Part shown: positions 59,218-64,000 of the stretch, one piece after another
Position numbering within the stretch: the first letter of the stretch is position 1
Layout: each line of letters begins with the position of its first letter
Assembly (NCBI RefSeq): GCF_964213995.1
Contig: NW_027590197.1
Location: 62,001-126,000, forward strand
Length of the DNA stretch: 64,000 bases
Direction: 5' to 3'
DNA from: Mustelus asterias
Lineage: Eukaryota
Translations under genes and position numbers: made by a program
Notes under the pieces: generated by a model
What the model was told of the DNA's origin: nothing
Database searches by the model: none
Seen by the model: the letters and a program-made list of their open reading frames with translations, nothing else

Positions 59218-59965
59218 CTGGATTCACTTCCTTTCCCTTCAGTTGCTGCAAGTCCCCAATTTCCCCCAGAATGAAAAAAGAAATGGAAAGGGGGATAAAA
59301 GAAAGTGTTTTACTCACAGATGTGGGAGACAGAAGGAAGTTTGAGTCTGTCTATAGCTCAATCTTCATTCGGCGAGAACAGCAGCAGCAGCTTTCCGGGT
59401 GAACAAGCTCATTGTCTGGTTTCCGCATTCAGACAATGGGGGGGCTCTGGTTGGCTGCAGGAGAAAGGTACTTCCGGTCCTCCAACTCTTCCCATTGGTC
59501 AATACCTCTGCGTGCTGGTGGGAAGGGGCGGGCAGCCCTCCGCACATGCGCATCTGCCCCTCTCCCTTGGACATGCGCAGTCCTGGGCTGAGGGGAGGGG
59601 GAGATCACCGAGCGGGTTCTCGCTCTGGCCGGAGCCGCCAGCCGGTTGCCTGGAAACCTTGGCTCGAGGAGGTGCAAGGGGAGGTGAACAATGGGTGGGT
59701 GCGGGGCTCCCGCGTCCGCTCGCCGAGCCTGCGCACTGGAACCCCAGGACGTCATCGCGGAGCAGGCTGATGTCTATTGGCTGATTCAGGCAGGGCTCCG
59801 TTGTGACGTCACCGTGGGGACGTTGTCCAATGAGCTTCAGAGTGAAACTTCCTCCTCTGGGCAACATCTGGGAGGAAATCAATGTTTCCCCCTTTCCATT
59901 TCTTTTCTCATTCTGGGGGAAATTGGGGACTTGCAGCAACTGAAGGGAAAGGAAGTGAATCCAGT
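59218..59965. promoter_or_regulatory. Bidirectional CpG promoter flanked by inverted arms
   Basis: catgcgca x2, CRE ~59802, CCAAT, ETS cttccgg; arms ~59218-59360 and ~59831-59964 are inverted copies; minus-strand donor gtgagt at ~59312-59317. Confidence 0.7.
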
Positions 59966-60489
59966 CTGTACATTCCACACATTGTTAGTCCAGTCAGATA
60001 GACATATATCTGTCTGGCCGCCTGCATGGAGATTTTCAGTTCTCTGTGTCCAGGACAAGCGATTCCCTTCTTTTTGAGGTCTGCCCTTTTGATCTGTCCC
60101 TCATTTAATTTAATTTGGTTTACTTGTTTTGCCAAAAAGATGAACAGAATAGTTAATGATTTATTTCAAGTTTAATTGTTTTGCCAAAAAGATTAACAGA
60201 ATGTTTATTTGTCCCTCAGTTGATTTGATTTAGTTTAATTGTTTTACCGAAAAGATTGACAGGAAGCAGTGAGCACGGATCTGTCAATCAGCCTGAATCA
60301 GCACCTTCAGGAAAATTGGAAGGATGAATATTAGATACAGCAGAGTGAGAATGGAGGGAGAGTGTGTGGGATCGAGATTTACAGCCTTTGTGGAATGAGA
60401 GAGGAAAGAATGTTCTATAGAAACTAGAATTATCTGTTCTGAATTACTATCTTGTACTGAGTGATGACTTTTGTAAACTCCTTTTACAG

Positions 60490-60803
60490 GATATCAGGTG
60501 ATGAGGATTTACAGACAGAAATCTCAAACCAAACGTCCCGTCCTCACTCAATTCATCAGGATCTGATTATCATTGGCCTTTGAATCCAGAAGAAGAAATG
60601 TTTCTCTGTACCGTCTGCTTCAGAAAGTTTTAAACATCGATGGGAGTGGCAAATCACCGAGACACACACATACTCGAATGAGAGTGTTCCAGTGCACTGA
60701 CTGTGGAAAGAGCTTTAACTAGTTACACAGCCTGAAAAAATATTATAGCATTCACAGCGGGAGAGACTTTACTCATGTTCTGTGTGTGGATGAGGTCTCA
60801 ACT
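60490..60803 (+). pseudogene. Truncated ZNF exon (leader and fossil fingers only)
   Basis: Acceptor at 60488-60489, then VFQCTDCGKSFN*LHSLKK-type sequence; broken at ~60803 by SINE, Penelope and CR1 sequence. Confidence 0.75.
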
Positions 60804-60861
60804 TTGAATCAAAACAATTCTGTGATTTATTCATTCGTGGGACATGGGCATCGCTGGCTGG

Positions 60862-62027
60862 CCAGGACAAGCCCTCCGAATACACAGGATCTGCTCGGAT
60901 GAGGAGGATCGCAACAGACACCTCCAGACACTGAAAGATGCCCTCATAAGAACAGGATATGGCGCTCGACTCATCGATCAACAGTTCCGACGCGCCACAG
61001 CGAAAAACCGCACCGACCTCCTCAGAAGACAAACACGGGACACGGTGGACAGAGTACCCTTCGTCATCCAGTACTTCCCCTGAGCGGAGATGCTACGGCA
61101 TCTCCTCCGGAGCCTTCAACATGTCATTGATGAAGACGAACATCTCGCCAAGGCCATCCCCACACCCCCACTTCTTGCCTTCAAACAACCGCACAACCTC
61201 AAACAGACCATTGTCCGCAGCAAACTACCTCGCCTCCAGGAGAACAGTGACCACGACACCACACAACCCTGCCACAGCAACCTCTGCAAGACGTGCCGGA
61301 TCATCGACACGGATGCCATCATCTCACGTGAGAACACCATCTACCAGGTACACAGTACATACTCTTGCAACTCGGCCAACATTGTCTACCTGATACGCTG
61401 CAGGAAAGGATGTCCCGAGGCATGGTACATTAGGGAGACCATGCAGACGCTATGACAACGGATGAATGAACACCGCTCGACAATCACCAGGCAAGACTGT
61501 TCTCTTCTGTGGGGGAGCACTTCAGCAGTCACGGGCATTCAGCCTTGGATCTTCAGGTAAGCGTTCTCCAAGGCGGCCTTCACGACACATGACAGCGCAG
61601 AGTCGCTGAGCAGAAACTGATAGCCAAGTTCCGCACACATAAGGACGGCCTAAACCGGGATGTTGGATTTATGTCACATTATCAGTAACCCCCACAGCTT
61701 GCCTCCTGGACTTGCAGAATTTCACTAGCTGTTCTGTCTGGAGACAATACACATCTCTTTAACCTGTGTTGAATGCTCCCTCCACCCACATTGTCTGTAC
61801 ATTTAAGACCTGGCTGGCTGTAGAGATTCGCATTCTAATCAGTATTGTGTAACTTGATTTCTGTGTCTGTTTGCACTGTTTGAGAACAGATATCCACTCC
61901 ATCTGATGAAGGAGCTGTGCTCCGAAAGCTTATGGTATTTGCGACCAAATAAACCTGTTGGACTTTAACCTGGTGTTGTGAGACTTCTTACTGTGCTTAC
62001 CCCAGTCCAACGCCGGCATCTCCACAT
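60862..62027 (+). mobile_element. Penelope-like retroelement, 5'-truncated (RT thumb, GIY-YIG endonuclease, terminal repeat)
   Basis: QALRIHRICS.., PCHSNLCKTC, NIVYLIRCRKGCPEAWYIRET; several stops; nested in a SINE tail that resumes at ~62028. Confidence 0.92.
61899..61935 (+). ncRNA. Minimal type I hammerhead ribozyme motif
   Basis: ccat-CTGATGA-a-GGAGC-tgt-GCTCC-GAAA-gct-t-atgg; perfect stems I and II. Confidence 0.7.
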
Positions 62028-62177
62028 CAGCATTTATTACCCATCCCTCGTTGAGTCAGAAGGTTTTGTTTTAGTTTAGTTAGGGCATCATGATCGGTAC
62101 ATCATAGAGTATATATGGGAGAAGGAAAGCAGAGGGATTCAATGTAGAAGTATTGAACAATCTGGAATCAGTGCTTA

Positions 62178-63615
62178 TAAGAACATAAGAACTAGGAGCA
62201 GGAGTAGGCCCTCTGGCCCCTCGAGCCTGCTCTGCCATTCAATAAGATCACGGCTGATCTTTTTGTGGACTCAGCTCCACTTACCAGCCCGCTCACCATA
62301 ACCCTTAATTCCTTTACTTTTCAAAAATTTATCTATCTTTGGCTTAAAAACATTCAACGAGGTATTTATTTTGTTTGAGACTCTCCCACTCGTGAAAATA
62401 TCTCACCATCTACCCTGTCAAGCCCCCTCAGGATCTTATATGTTTCAATGACCCCTTTGTCTTCAAAACTTCAAGGAAAACAGACCTTGACAATTTACTT
62501 CCTCTTGATAGGACAACCCTCCCATCCAGGTATTAGCCTGGTGAATGTCCTTTGGCCTAAGTCCAATATTACTATATCCTTGTTTAGGTAAGGGGATCAA
62601 AACTGTATGCACTATTCCAGGTGAGGCATCACCAACACACTGTACAGTTGCAACAAAACCTCCCTGTTTTTAAACTCCAACCCCTTTGCAATAAATGCCA
62701 AAATGCCATTTTCCTTCTTACCTAGTGTGGGACCTGCCTGCTAGCTTTTTGTGATTCATGCACAAGAACACCAAGATCCAGCTGTACTTCGCTCACCGGC
62801 AGCCTCTCTCCATTTAGATAATCTCCCTGTTGATTCCTCCGACTGAAATACATGACCTCACACTTTAAACTCCATTTGCCATGTTTTGAAGACAGAGGGG
62901 TGACTTTATTGCATCTTCCCCAACTCTTGACTCATCTTTCCCAGGCCCTATCCCTGTAGCCCCACATTTTCACCCCACTAATCCACCTAATCTCCATCTA
63001 TAGGGACACAAAGGGGCAATTTAGCATGGCCAATCAATCTAACCCACACATCTTTGGACTGTGGGAAGAATCTGGAGCACTCAGAAATCCACACAGACAT
63101 GGAGAGAATGCACATACTCCACACAGACTGTCACCCAAGGCTGGGATTGAACCCGGGTCCCTGGCACTGTGAAGCAGCAGTGCTAACCACTGTGCTGCCG
63201 TGGCGCCCTTTTTAAATAAACTACAAGTACAGATTTCTCTCAATCTACCCTCCTTCTTACATCCTCAAACAATTCAAGCAAATTTGTCAAACATGATTTA
63301 TCTTTCATAGAAGCATGTTGACGAGGTTTGATTATATTCAGCTTTCCTAAATGATTAGCTATTTGCTCTTTGATTGTTGACTCCAGCGTCTTGCCAATAA
63401 TAGATGTTAAATTAACTGACCTATAGTTCTCTGCCTTCTGCCTTCTCCCTTTTTGACCAAGGTCGTCACATTGGCTGATTGCCAATCTTCTGATACTCTC
63501 CCGGAATCTAGCGAGTTCCGAAAAATTTCAACAAAATTCTCCACAATCTCTTCAGCAACCTCCATTAAAAAGTTAGCGTGCAGTTCATTGGGTCCTGGTG
63601 ACTTGTCCACCCTTA
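62178..63615 (-). mobile_element. Degenerate CR1 with a nested V-SINE (~62940-63207)
   Basis: DKSPGPNE, NYRSVNLTS, KSCLTNLLELFE pieces; reverse tail taagaacataagaact; V-SINE head at ~63150-63207. Confidence 0.85.
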
Positions 63616-63731
63616 GCCACTGAAGGGAAAGGAAGTGAGCCCAGTCTGTATATTTCAGACATTTTTGGTCCAGTCATATTGACATATATGTGTCTGGCAG
63701 CCTGCATGGAGATTTTCAACTCTCTGTGTCC

Positions 63732-64000
63732 AGGACAGGAAGCAGTGAGCATGGATCTGTCAATCAGCCTGAATCAGCACCTTCAGGAGAATTGGGAGGG
63801 TGAATATTAGATACAGCAGAGTGAGAATGGAGGGAGGGTGTGTGGGATGGAGATTTACAGCTTTTGAGGAATGAGAGAGGAAAGAATATTCCATAGAAAC
63901 TAGAATTGTCTGTTCTGAATTTCTATCCTGTACTGACATTGATGACTTTTGCAAACTCATTTTGCAGGATATTGAAAGAGGAATCGCAGGCAAAAATCTC
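63732..64000 (+). other. Intron module, acceptor and start of another ZNF-type exon running out of the window
   Basis: Same module as 49075-49340; tactgac branch point, AG at 63966-63967, exon starts gatattgaaagaggaatc. Confidence 0.75.

Overview
Eukaryotic genomic DNA, most likely a shark or other elasmobranch (inferred from HE1-like V-SINEs and the CR1/Penelope repeat content). The window is a cluster of tandem C2H2 zinc-finger genes: 9 finger-array ORFs with 5-13 intact fingers on both strands, one destroyed exon, and the start of another exon at the right edge. No KRAB, SCAN or BTB domain is visible. The genes are copies of a cassette: CpG-rich promoter (NRF1-like, CCAAT, GC-box, YY1 or CRE motifs), then an intron, a conserved branch-point/acceptor module, an eroded 'fossil finger' leader, and the finger array. 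Recent paralog pairs keep near-identical flanks but differ in finger number and recognition residues. The spaces are filled with retroelements: CR1 LINEs (one with an intact ~970-aa ORF2), Rex1/Babar, L2 and Tx1 fragments, Penelope-like elements, two SINE families and several minisatellites. The most notable signals are four. (1) A canonical -1 slippery heptamer (T TTA AAC) sits exactly at the ORF1-stop/ORF2 junction of the intact CR1, whose ORF2 has no usable AUG. (2) Penelope termini carry minimal hammerhead-ribozyme motifs with compensatory stem changes. (3) A tRNA-Val(GAC)-like sequence is directly followed by a Tx1 5' end. (4) One ZNF subfamily appears to have been re-founded by a shared nonsense codon plus a new Kozak ATG in a finger linker. 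Repeat boundaries were read by eye and are approximate; no database searches were run.
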